Notes under the pieces: model-generated | Told to the model about the DNA's origin: nothing | Seen by the model: the letters and a program-made list of their open reading frames with translations, nothing else | Databases searched by the model: none | Part shown: positions 18,146 through 25,618 of the stretch, piece by piece | Numbering within the stretch: position 1 is the stretch's first letter | How the letters are laid out: every line of letters begins with the position of its first letter | Assembly (NCBI GenBank): GCA_964373795.1 | Contig: CAYJVY010000003.1 | Location: forward strand, 68,798-100,797 | Length of the DNA: 32,000 nucleotides | Reading direction: 5' to 3' | DNA from: an uncultured archaeon | GTDB lineage: Archaea; Iainarchaeota; Iainarchaeia; Iainarchaeales; DATDZZ01 | Position numbers and translations under genes: made by a program

Positions 18146-18394
18146 TTATTTTGAACTACAAGAATCAATTACTTCTTGAGGGCATTTTTTTAAATAACAA
18201 TTTAATTCTTGATGACAAAGATTTAGAGAAATTTCTCTGGCTTTAAGTTTTTCAGGATCCTCTGCTTTAAGCAAAGGAGAAATAAATTGAGTTCCAATAA
18301 TTGTTCCAACAATTAATCCAATTAAAAGAATTGCAATCAAAATCAAATGACTTGACTGAATTGGAAGATCGTTTTCCGCAGTTAATTTACTCAA
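18146..18394 (-). CDS. Small hypothetical membrane protein (1 TM, Cys-rich C-terminus)
   Basis: 82-aa ORF with a TTG start, one clear TM helix (LILIAILLIGLIVGTIIG) and four C-terminal Cys. It is co-directional with taw1 upstream and the ABC operon downstream. I recognise no homology. Confidence 0.4.
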   Translation of the reverse strand: MSKLTAENDLPIQSSHLILIAILLIGLIVGTIIGTQFISPLLKAEDPEKLKAREISLNLCHQELNCYLKKCPQEVIDSCSSK

Positions 18395-18444
18395 TTAAAT
18401 CACTGCAAAAACTAAGTGCAAACCAATTAATTAAATTAATTGTT

Positions 18445-19488
18445 TCAATTTTTTGCAATTGACAGGCTATCAAAATCAATTTTCAAATCCATGTCTTTCA
18501 AATCAGGGCGGACAAGCAGGCAAACCCTTGCAGTCTCAAATTCATCCCTGAAAAAATACCCGCTTTCACTAGCAATTTTTTTCGCAAATTCTCGAACATC
18601 GCCCATGGAAGGCATTTTATCTTCTTCTAATTTCAATCTACTTGGTCCAACCCAAGAATAACCTTTAACTTCAACAAACATTGGATTTCCTCTTTTAATT
18701 ATTGGTCCCCATTCTTTTTCATAAGACATATTTTTTCCTTTAACAGCAGTAACTCGAATAACAGTTCTAGTATTCATTTTAGCCATTACATCCAATGACT
18801 TCATCATTTTCTCCCAAGAATCACTTTCTTGAGGTCTATTTAATTCAATATGCACTTGCTTGTTAGGAGAATCAAAACTCATATACAACTGAGTAGGCAA
18901 AGGAATTTTCTCCAATACCTCTGGTCTAGAACCATTAGTAACTAAAAAAGTAGTAATCCCTTTATCATGATATGCTTGAATTAATTCAGGTAACTGCTTA
19001 TATAAAGTGGGCTCTCCACTCAAAGAAATTGCAACATGCTTAGGAGTATGACTTGCAAGCCATTTCTCTTTATCCACATACTGGCTTCCGCCCAAACCAG
19101 AAAGCTGTTGATTCTGCCTCTCAATTGATTCCTCAACCAATTCACTTACATCGTCTTTATACTCGATTTCGCGATTAGGAATAACTGTCCTCCAACAATA
19201 ATCACAACCATAATTACACACAGCAGTAATAGGAGTCATTTGAATACATTGATGACTTTGAATGCCGTAAAACTTCTGCTTATAACAAGCAGTTCCGCCA
19301 GAAATAGAACTCCTAGTATAATGACAAGTCTTCACAGCTCCTAAAGCTCCAACTCTAGCATATTGCTGTCTTCTCAAAACCTTCTCCAAACCCTTAGGCA
19401 AGGTCTGAGGATCAGGCAAAACCTTTTTAGAATCCGAATTACTCTTATCTGAAATCTGAATTAATTCACTCAATTTCTCACCATTCAA
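18445..19488 (-). CDS. taw1: tRNA 4-demethylwyosine synthase Taw1/TYW1 (radical SAM)
   Basis: 347 aa with the radical-SAM cluster CNYGCDYCW and an upstream Cys cluster (CHYTRSSISGGTACYKQ). It is collinear with archaeal Taw1. The track start is TTG at 19488. An in-frame TTG at 19473 preceded by GGTGAG is an alternative start. Confidence 0.85.
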   Translation of the reverse strand: MNGEKLSELIQISDKSNSDSKKVLPDPQTLPKGLEKVLRRQQYARVGALGAVKTCHYTRSSISGGTACYKQKFYGIQSHQCIQMTPITAVCNYGCDYCWRTVIPNREIEYKDDVSELVEESIERQNQQLSGLGGSQYVDKEKWLASHTPKHVAISLSGEPTLYKQLPELIQAYHDKGITTFLVTNGSRPEVLEKIPLPTQLYMSFDSPNKQVHIELNRPQESDSWEKMMKSLDVMAKMNTRTVIRVTAVKGKNMSYEKEWGPIIKRGNPMFVEVKGYSWVGPSRLKLEEDKMPSMGDVREFAKKIASESGYFFRDEFETARVCLLVRPDLKDMDLKIDFDSLSIAKN

Positions 19489-19542
19489 TCGCCGTCTCGC
19501 GCGGCGTGCGCGAGCAACTATTTGGTCGGCTTCAAAAAGCCT
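19489..19542 (-). repeat. GC-rich repeat island, short copy D (inverted relative to copy A)
   Basis: It begins immediately next to the taw1 start codon. GCCGTCTCGCGCGGC (19491-19505) is the reverse complement of GCCGCGCAAGACGGC (30759-30773) with one mismatch. A 7-bp hairpin is CTCGCGC-GGCGT-GCGCGAG (19496-19514). A second small hairpin is GGCTT-CAAA-AAGCC (19528-19541). Confidence 0.6.
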
Positions 19543-19731
19543 GTTACTCTACTTATACAAATATTTCACTTAAATAAAAATATAAAACTATTCAATTACA
19601 CACAAGCTAAAAAATTTATGTAGAAAAAATATTTTCCAGAAAAATGGAAAACATTGCACGAAAAAACATAATATTTATATATAGGTTACACTTTTATCTA
19701 ATATCAATTTATTTTTTTTATTGGTTAAGGA

Positions 19732-19995
19732 GTGAGAAACGTGTATAAATATACTATAGCAAGACAATTAGCTACAAAAAGAGTTATAACAAATAGAGGA
19801 GATGAAGTAGGAAAACTATTAGACTTAATAGTAAACGAGGTTTCAGGAGAAATAGAAGCACTACTAGTGGAAGTAGACAGAGACAGCAAAGTAGTACGAA
19901 AACCAGGATCAGAAAGAAACATCAGCATTCCATTTTCAGCAGTAACAGCAGTAAGCGATGTCTTCATTGTAGACGAAAGAGAACTACCTCAATGA
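19732..19995 (+). CDS. PRC-barrel domain protein
   Basis: 87 aa. The pattern RGDEVGKLLDLIVNEVSGEIEALLV is typical of PRC-barrel proteins. It has a GTG start preceded by AAGGAG. It is preferred over the antisense ORF 19725-19967. Confidence 0.7.
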   Translation: MRNVYKYTIARQLATKRVITNRGDEVGKLLDLIVNEVSGEIEALLVEVDRDSKVVRKPGSERNISIPFSAVTAVSDVFIVDERELPQ

Positions 19996-20012
19996 CTTTT
20001 TTTAACTAAAAT

Positions 20013-21158
20013 TTATTTTAAATCCAAAAAAAGTTTTTTGTTCTTCCAGTCAATTTTTTTGACTGGATTAACTAAAATAATTCTTTTATCCACAGCCAAA
20101 TCAAACTTATACATAATCTCTTTTTCTGTTAAATTCTTTTCCATTCCTTTTTTAATTCCGTTAATTACTTCTTGTATAAAAGAATAATTTGAGTAAAGCA
20201 ATTCCCCTTTTTTAGTGAACTCTGCTTCTAATGCTTCAAACCTTTTTCTAGCCTGTTCTTGTTCTCTTAAACTGAATTCAAGTTTTTTCAATTCTTTTTC
20301 AAATTTTTCTTGAATTCCTTTTTTCTTATCAATTAAAACCGGTTTAGAATAAATCGAGTCAAGTGCTTCATTTAATTCCTTGAATTCTTTTTCCGACTTA
20401 AATGCCGTTAACTTTATTGGCACTAACACTTCTTTTTTGTCTTGCAATACAATGTTTGGTCGGAATTTTTTTAAATCAATTAAATACAACTCATTTATTT
20501 TTTCTTTTAATGTTTGAACTTGTTTTTCGTTTACTTTTTTTGCCTGCAAATTTTTTTCAATTTTTAATTGCAGTAAAATGTCTTCAACATATATTGGAGC
20601 AATATTTATTTCCTCAATTAAGGCTCGAATTAAATCTTTTTCCGAATTTGCTAAAACCTTTTTTAAGTCCTCTTCATTTAAAGTTAAAGGATTTAAGCCT
20701 CTAGAAGGAGGTAATTCATATTTAACATTCTTTTTCAATTCTCTGTCCTTGAATTTTTCTTTTCTAAATGGAAGCAAAATATTTCCTTCCCTGTCTAATA
20801 AAATTAAGTTTCCTTCTGCAAACAATTCAATTACTAAATTGAGTTCTTGAAATTCAATTAAAATAATTCTTTCAAAAGAGTATTGCTTTATTTCTTCAAT
20901 TTTTTTTCCAATTAAATGTTTTTTTAAAAACAATCCATATCCATGAGGAAAAGCCGGAGCTTCAAACTTGAATTCAGTTAAATAAATTACTGGATTTTTT
21001 TGCAAATTAATAATTAAATCTTTAGAGCCTTTTACAGTTCGCAGTTTGAATTTGAAAACGCTTTCCTCTACTTCTTGAATCTTGTTAATAAATGCCCCTC
21101 TAAGAAGAGGTTTGAGTTCTTCAACCAGGTAAGCCAGAGTTAAATTATTTAATTGCAT
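20013..21158 (-). CDS. NFACT-N domain protein (Rqc2/FbpA-like N-terminal plus coiled-coil region, no NFACT-R part)
   Basis: The sequence from MQLNNLTLAYLVEELKPLLRGAFINKIQE onward is the typical NFACT-N start. It is followed by a K/E-rich coiled coil. The track ORF extends to 21242, which would overlap the divergent CYTH gene. The ATG at 21156-21158 is the more likely start. Confidence 0.7.
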   Translation of the reverse strand: MQLNNLTLAYLVEELKPLLRGAFINKIQEVEESVFKFKLRTVKGSKDLIINLQKNPVIYLTEFKFEAPAFPHGYGLFLKKHLIGKKIEEIKQYSFERIILIEFQELNLVIELFAEGNLILLDREGNILLPFRKEKFKDRELKKNVKYELPPSRGLNPLTLNEEDLKKVLANSEKDLIRALIEEINIAPIYVEDILLQLKIEKNLQAKKVNEKQVQTLKEKINELYLIDLKKFRPNIVLQDKKEVLVPIKLTAFKSEKEFKELNEALDSIYSKPVLIDKKKGIQEKFEKELKKLEFSLREQEQARKRFEALEAEFTKKGELLYSNYSFIQEVINGIKKGMEKNLTEKEIMYKFDLAVDKRIILVNPVKKIDWKNKKLFLDLK

Positions 21159-21210
21159 TAATAAATGGTTTCTGAAAACAAATTTAAAGCCTTTCAATAA
21201 AGAATTTATA

Positions 21211-21762
21211 ATGCCAAAGACATGGAAGGAAACAGAATTCAAATTTCCAGTTCAAAGCTTTACAAGAATTAAAAAACTGCTTAAAAAGCTTAAAGCAAAA
21301 AGACTTGGAAAAGAATTCGAATACAATGAATTATTTGATTTTTCAGACAAACGATTGCGAAAAAAAAAGCAAGTAATAAGACTAAGAAAAGCTGGAAAAA
21401 ATTTTTTAACATTCAAGGGAAAAACAATTCATCACAATACTCTGCGGGTCAGAGAAGAACGCGAACTAGAAATAGAAGACTTCTACATAATGAAGTTTGT
21501 TCTTGAAAAACTCGGCTTAAAAAAATGGTTTGCCTATGAAAAATATAGGGAAACCTTTTACTTGAATGGAGCGGAAATTGTTTTAGATGAACTTCCTTTT
21601 GGCAAATTTATTGAAATAGAAGGCTCTAAAAGCATGGTTTTAAAAATAGCTAAGTCTTTAGAAATGGATTTAAAAACCGCTCTGAAAAATAATTACTTAG
21701 AATTATGGCAACAGATTTGTTTAAAGGAAAAGAAAAAATTTTCAGATTTATTGTTTAAATAA
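21211..21762 (+). CDS. CYTH-domain protein (triphosphate tunnel metalloenzyme / CyaB-like)
   Basis: 183 aa with an N-terminal ExExK signature (ETEFK) and alternating charged beta strands typical of CYTH tunnels. Confidence 0.75.
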   Translation: MPKTWKETEFKFPVQSFTRIKKLLKKLKAKRLGKEFEYNELFDFSDKRLRKKKQVIRLRKAGKNFLTFKGKTIHHNTLRVREERELEIEDFYIMKFVLEKLGLKKWFAYEKYRETFYLNGAEIVLDELPFGKFIEIEGSKSMVLKIAKSLEMDLKTALKNNYLELWQQICLKEKKKFSDLLFK

Positions 21763-21797
21763 TTTTTTTCTAAGACTTGAATTTTTGAAGGGTTTTA

Positions 21798-23030
21798 ATG
21801 GCTTTAGATAAAGTTTCACTTGAAAATGGTTTAAGGGTTTTGCTTGACTTTCAGGAAACTGAAACTGTTTCAGTTTTTTGCCTTGTAAGAGTTGGCTCTG
21901 ATATTGAAGATGCAAAGGTTAGCGGAGTTTCTCATTTTTTGGAACACGTTTTATTTAATGGCCCGGAACATTTAACTAAAAAAGATTTAAGTGAAAGAAT
22001 TGATTCAATTGGAGGAGAAATTAATGCTTTCACTTCAAATAAAATTACTGTTTTCTATGTTAAAGTGTTATCTAAATATTTTGATAAAGCGTTTCAAACA
22101 ATTGAAGACCTTATCTTGAATACTTTTTTTAAAGAACAAGAAATAGAGGATGAAAAAAAAATTATTTTAAGCGAAATAAATCAAACCAAGGATAACCCTG
22201 AAAGAATTATTTTTGATTACTTGCAGGAAGAAATGTTTCCAAACCATCCTTATGGGAAGCACGTAATTGGCACTGAAGAAACAGTTAAAAAAATGACTAA
22301 AAAAGATATTGAAAACCATTTCAAAAAATACTATGTTCCAAACAACATGGTTTTAGGTATTTCAGGAAAATTTGATAAAGAAGAAGTATTAAAAAAAATC
22401 CAGGGAACTTTTGGTAAGAGAGAGAAAACTGATTTACAAGAAGAGTTTTTTCCAATTCCTAAAAAGATTTTGAAACAAAAAATTGAGGAAAGAGATTTAA
22501 ATGCAACTCACTTGGGTTTAGCTTTAAGAGTAATGAACTCTAAATCAAGCGAAGCTTATGCAATGAATTTAATTAATGCAATTTTAGGAGGGGGATTAAG
22601 TTCAAGGCTGTTACAAGAAATTAGAGAAAAAAGAGGTTTAGCTTATACTGTTCACACAGTTTTTGATGTCAACCCCGAATATGGTTTATTTATTATTTAT
22701 GCTGGAATTGAAGAAAAAAATATTGAAACAGTTAAAGAAGTTATTTTCCAAGAATTCAATAAACTTGTAACTGATTTAACTGAAGCAGACTTAATTAAAG
22801 CAAAACAATTCATTGAAGGAAAAACTTTAATGAAAAATGAAGACACAACTGAAAGAACTAAAAACAATTTAGAACTAGATTATTATGGAGAAGATTCAAC
22901 TGAAGAATTTCTTAAAAAAATTAACGCTGTTTCAGTAGAAGAAGTAAAAGAGGTTGCAAAAAAATACCTTCAAACAAAAGAATACTCTTTTGTATTAATC
23001 AAACCAAAATCAAGGCCTTCAAATTATTAG
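21798..23030 (+). CDS. M16-family zinc peptidase (pitrilysin/insulinase-like)
   Basis: 410 aa with the inverted zinc motif HFLEH and a downstream Glu (GGEINAFTS). It has the two-domain M16 layout. Confidence 0.85.
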   Translation: MALDKVSLENGLRVLLDFQETETVSVFCLVRVGSDIEDAKVSGVSHFLEHVLFNGPEHLTKKDLSERIDSIGGEINAFTSNKITVFYVKVLSKYFDKAFQTIEDLILNTFFKEQEIEDEKKIILSEINQTKDNPERIIFDYLQEEMFPNHPYGKHVIGTEETVKKMTKKDIENHFKKYYVPNNMVLGISGKFDKEEVLKKIQGTFGKREKTDLQEEFFPIPKKILKQKIEERDLNATHLGLALRVMNSKSSEAYAMNLINAILGGGLSSRLLQEIREKRGLAYTVHTVFDVNPEYGLFIIYAGIEEKNIETVKEVIFQEFNKLVTDLTEADLIKAKQFIEGKTLMKNEDTTERTKNNLELDYYGEDSTEEFLKKINAVSVEEVKEVAKKYLQTKEYSFVLIKPKSRPSNY

Positions 23031-23043
23031 AGTGTTTTAAAGA

Positions 23044-24039
23044 ATGAATTTAATTAAAGTCTTTAAAGATTTTCTTTCAAAGCATGTAGTGAAAATTCTT
23101 TTCCTAGCAGTGTTTTTTGTTTTACTAGTTAACTCTGCATTAATTGTTTTAGTGTTTGTTGAATTAAATTCTTTCAAGAATTCAACTAATCAAAGTTTTG
23201 AATTAGAAAACCAAAAACTGGATTTTTTGCAAAACAAGTTAACTGATTTAAATCAAGAACAAAAAAATGAATTAACTCAATTAAATTCAAATTTGAATAA
23301 AAGCAAAACAGAGTTAACTAATTTAATTAATTTTAATTCTTCTTCTTTAAAGAAAAACTTGAACGACTTGAATTCAGATTTTAGAAAGTCTGAAACAAAT
23401 TTAACTGAACTAATTACTGAAATCGAGAAACAAAGCAATATTGAATTGGAAAAATTAAGACAAGGAGTTGAAGATGTTTCTTCTCGTAATCCAGATTTTT
23501 CAGCTATCTCTGAAAAAGCAGTTAAATCAGTTGTAACAATTCAAACAAGTAAAGGCCTTGGAAGTGGAGCAATAATTTCTTCTAATGGATTAATTGTAAC
23601 AAATTATCATGTAATTCAAGATTCGAATAGTATTGTTGTTACATTAAATAATGGTTTAAGTCTTCCAGCTGAATTGCAGAAAACTAATGCAGGAAATGAT
23701 TTAGCTTTAATTAAAATTAATAGAAGTGAATTAGCTTTCCTTGAATTAGCTAACTCAAGTGAAGTAAAAGTTGGAGAACAAGTAATTGCTTTAGGAAATC
23801 CTTCAGGTTTAACTGCAACTGTAACTCAAGGAATTGTTTCAGGAACTAACAGGTTTTTAACAGGCATTACAACTGGTTTAATTCAAACAGATGTTCCAAT
23901 TAATCCAGGAAATTCTGGAGGGCCATTAGTTAATGCTCAAGGAAAAATCATTGGAATAAATTCAGCAAAAATAAAAGGAGCGGAATCTTTAGGGTTTGCA
24001 ATTCCTTCAAACAAAGTAATAGACTTAATTAATTCCTAA
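23044..24039 (+). CDS. Membrane-anchored trypsin-like serine protease (HtrA/S1C-like catalytic domain, no PDZ)
   Basis: 331 aa: N-terminal TM, an N/L/K/E-rich coiled-coil spacer, then the catalytic triad contexts TNYHV, NDLALIK and GNSGGPLV. Only about 40 aa follow the Ser motif, so no PDZ domain fits. Confidence 0.85.
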   Translation: MNLIKVFKDFLSKHVVKILFLAVFFVLLVNSALIVLVFVELNSFKNSTNQSFELENQKLDFLQNKLTDLNQEQKNELTQLNSNLNKSKTELTNLINFNSSSLKKNLNDLNSDFRKSETNLTELITEIEKQSNIELEKLRQGVEDVSSRNPDFSAISEKAVKSVVTIQTSKGLGSGAIISSNGLIVTNYHVIQDSNSIVVTLNNGLSLPAELQKTNAGNDLALIKINRSELAFLELANSSEVKVGEQVIALGNPSGLTATVTQGIVSGTNRFLTGITTGLIQTDVPINPGNSGGPLVNAQGKIIGINSAKIKGAESLGFAIPSNKVIDLINS

Positions 24040-24284
24040 TTAAATTAAAACATTTGAATGCTTGTTTGAAGATTAACTTATAGTTAAATTATTTTAGTGT
24101 TTTAAATGAAACTCAAATTTATTGCATTCATTGCAATTCAAGGCAATAAATATTTTGTTGTTCAAGAAAAATAAATCAAAGAAAAATAAATAATTTTCAT
24201 TACTTGAATTCTTTTTTCAAACTGCTAAGATTTAAATATAACCTTGAAATTATGTATTATACATTATTTTTCGGGGTGTATTTT

Positions 24285-24491
24285 ATGGATTATAATATGT
24301 TTGATGAAAGAGAAGCGAAGTTAAGAATTTTAAGAGTTTTTGATAGACACAAAGTAGATCCAAGAACCTATCCACTTGCAGACATGGATCCCTATGTTTT
24401 AACAAGCCTTGGAATTCCAAACAAAGATCAAAAAGTAATTCTTGAAAACATTGAAGTAATTAGAAGCAGAAAACTTCAAAACAAATTCTAA
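24285..24491 (+). CDS. Hypothetical small protein (68 aa)
   Basis: The track ORF starts at 24204, but a TATA-like TTTAAATATA (24231-24240) lies inside that extension. The in-frame ATG at 24285 is preceded by GGGGTG (24273-24278). I recognise no family. Confidence 0.45.
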   Translation: MDYNMFDEREAKLRILRVFDRHKVDPRTYPLADMDPYVLTSLGIPNKDQKVILENIEVIRSRKLQNKF

Positions 24492-24510
24492 AAACTCAAT
24501 TCATTTTACT

Positions 24511-24542
24511 TTTATTTTCTATTTCTTTTTTTTTCTTTTTTT
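24511..24542 (+). terminator. Oligo-T tract (candidate archaeal terminator)
   Basis: T9 (24526-24534) and T7 (24536-24542) runs lie about 35 nt downstream of the stop of the preceding + strand gene. Archaeal RNA polymerase typically terminates at oligo-T. Confidence 0.4.
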
Positions 24543-24559
24543 ACTATGGTTAACTGTTT

Positions 24560-24572
24560 TTCAGCCTTGCTC
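24560..24572 (-). repeat. 13-nt remnant of the GC-rich repeat family (copy F)
   Basis: TTCAGCCTTGCTC is the exact reverse complement of GAGCAAGGCTGAA at 18022-18034, the right edge of copy A. It lies in the intergenic region just upstream of the vapBC-1 promoter. Confidence 0.45.
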
Positions 24573-24580
24573 AGGGAAAA

Positions 24581-24613
24581 ATATTTAAATAGTAAAACAC
24601 TATTATTTTACTA
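24581..24613 (+). promoter_or_regulatory. Candidate TATA box plus inverted-repeat operator of TA module 1
   Basis: A TATA-like ATATTTAAATA (24581-24591) is directly followed by the inverted repeat TAGTAAAA-N8-TTTTACTA (24590-24613). GAGGTGG and the GTG start at 24626 follow. Confidence 0.45.
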
Positions 24614-24625
24614 TGAGGTGGTTTT

Positions 24626-24835
24626 GTGTCTACTCTTACAGTTGAATTCAAAGGCGTTACAGATACTGTTCTAAATGCCTTGATTGAAAAAGGCTATGCA
24701 AAAACTAAGGCAGAAGCTTTAAGATATGCATTAATTCACTTAGGTGAAGAACTTGGATTGGTTGAACATAAGTTTCATGCCAAAACTGAGGAATACGCGT
24801 ATAAGGAAATAAAAGAACGATTTAGAAGGAATTAA
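24626..24835 (+). CDS. Putative antitoxin (small DNA-binding protein, possibly ribbon-helix-helix) paired with a PIN toxin
   Basis: 69 aa with a GTG start after GAGGTGG. A short N-terminal strand is followed by helices (TLTVEF...VLNALIEKGYAKTKAEALRYALIHLG). The stop lies 1 nt before the PIN gene start. The assignment rests mainly on context. Confidence 0.6.
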   Translation: MSTLTVEFKGVTDTVLNALIEKGYAKTKAEALRYALIHLGEELGLVEHKFHAKTEEYAYKEIKERFRRN

Positions 24836-24836
24836 A

Positions 24837-25217
24837 ATGTATATTGATTCAGATATTTTTTTTGCCTTAATTAAATTAAATGATAGGCATGCAGAATTTG
24901 CTAAAACAGTTTTTTCAAGAAATGATAAAAAATACACTTCTGTCTTAACCTTGGTAGAATTGGAGATAATTGTTAAGCGAGAAATAGACAATCATTTAAG
25001 CAAAAATATTTTTGAAAGATTCAAAGAGTTATTTCCAGATGTTGAAATAAAGAACTTAGATGAAAAAACTTTTTCAAAATCTTTAGAGTTAAGAAAAAAA
25101 TATAGTTTGGGTGTATTTGATTCAATTCATGCAGCAGTTGCTTTAAAATACGATAAAAGAATTGCTTCAACTGATCAAAGCTATGTAAAAATAAAAGAAT
25201 TGAAAATCATTAAATAA
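24837..25217 (+). CDS. vapC: PIN-domain ribonuclease toxin (VapC-like)
   Basis: 126 aa with acidic PIN residues in the expected order: YIDSD near the N-terminus, LVELEI, FDSIHAAVA and STDQSY. Confidence 0.8.
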   Translation: MYIDSDIFFALIKLNDRHAEFAKTVFSRNDKKYTSVLTLVELEIIVKREIDNHLSKNIFERFKELFPDVEIKNLDEKTFSKSLELRKKYSLGVFDSIHAAVALKYDKRIASTDQSYVKIKELKIIK

Positions 25218-25367
25218 ATTATTTTTTAATCAATCAATAAAAAATAATTTCCAAAAAAATTTAACCTAAAATTTGCAAGCAAGGAAAGATTGTCAAATGC
25301 CGTGAATCTGACTCATGTTTGTTAAATGCATTATTGATTAATTAGTACAAACCATTGTGCTTGATTA

Positions 25368-25502
25368 GGGAGACTTGTGCTTGCCACGCGTTAGCTCGTA
25401 TTCGTTGGTCGTTCTAGTCACCTCGCCGGCTGCGACGTCTCGTGCGTCGAGCACGGGGGCCGACGTCGGCCTTCAGCCTCGCCGGCTGAACCGCGTTTAC
25501 GA
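25368..25502 (-). repeat. GC-rich mosaic repeat island, copy C (right part inverted relative to copy A)
   Basis: The reverse complement of 25467-25494 reads CGCGGTTCAGCCGGCGAGGCTGAAGGCC. It matches 30712-30738 (CGCGGTTCAGCCCGCGAAGCTGAAGGG) and 17917-17940. Other elements are the perfect 14-bp palindrome GGCCGACGTCGGCC (25458-25471), the hairpin CGTGC-GTCGA-GCACG (25441-25455) and a CCTCGCCGGCTG duplication (25421 and 25477). The left part GTGCTTGCCACGCG...GCTCGTATTCG resembles the right end of copy B in direct orientation, so the island is mosaic. Confidence 0.8.
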
Positions 25503-25618
25503 CAATTGCTTTAAAAACCTTTTTTTCTTCAAGTAATTAAAATTTTGTTGAAAATCAACGGTTTTGAAATGCTGTTTTTAGGAGTTTATAAAAATTTTGA
25601 ATTTTTTGAGGGGGAGCT

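Noticed and set aside
19632-19651. Dyad TTTTCCA-GAAAAA-TGGAAAA resembling a mini-ORB (TTCCA...TGGAA) origin box
   Set aside because: It is a single copy, 10 kb from cdc6, in a divergent promoter region of an AT-rich genome where such short dyads arise by chance. No accompanying repeats or unwinding-element organisation is seen.
19725-19967. 80-aa minus-strand ORF opposite the PRC-barrel gene
   Set aside because: The plus-strand translation carries the PRC-barrel pattern and an AAGGAG ribosome-binding site. The minus-strand product is S/T/F-rich low-complexity sequence.
24204-24284. N-terminal extensions proposed by the ORF track (24204 start; likewise 21159-21242 and 29245-29292)
   Set aside because: The extensions contain promoter-like TATA sequences or overlap a divergent gene. 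They add atypical hydrophobic residues before a well-placed internal ATG, which has an SD motif or matches the conserved family N-terminus.
25284-25300. GCAAGCAAGG resembling GCGAGCAAGG of island A, as a further repeat fragment
   Set aside because: The match is only about 9-10 nt with a mismatch, in an AT-rich spacer, and is not distinguishable from chance without a statistical search.
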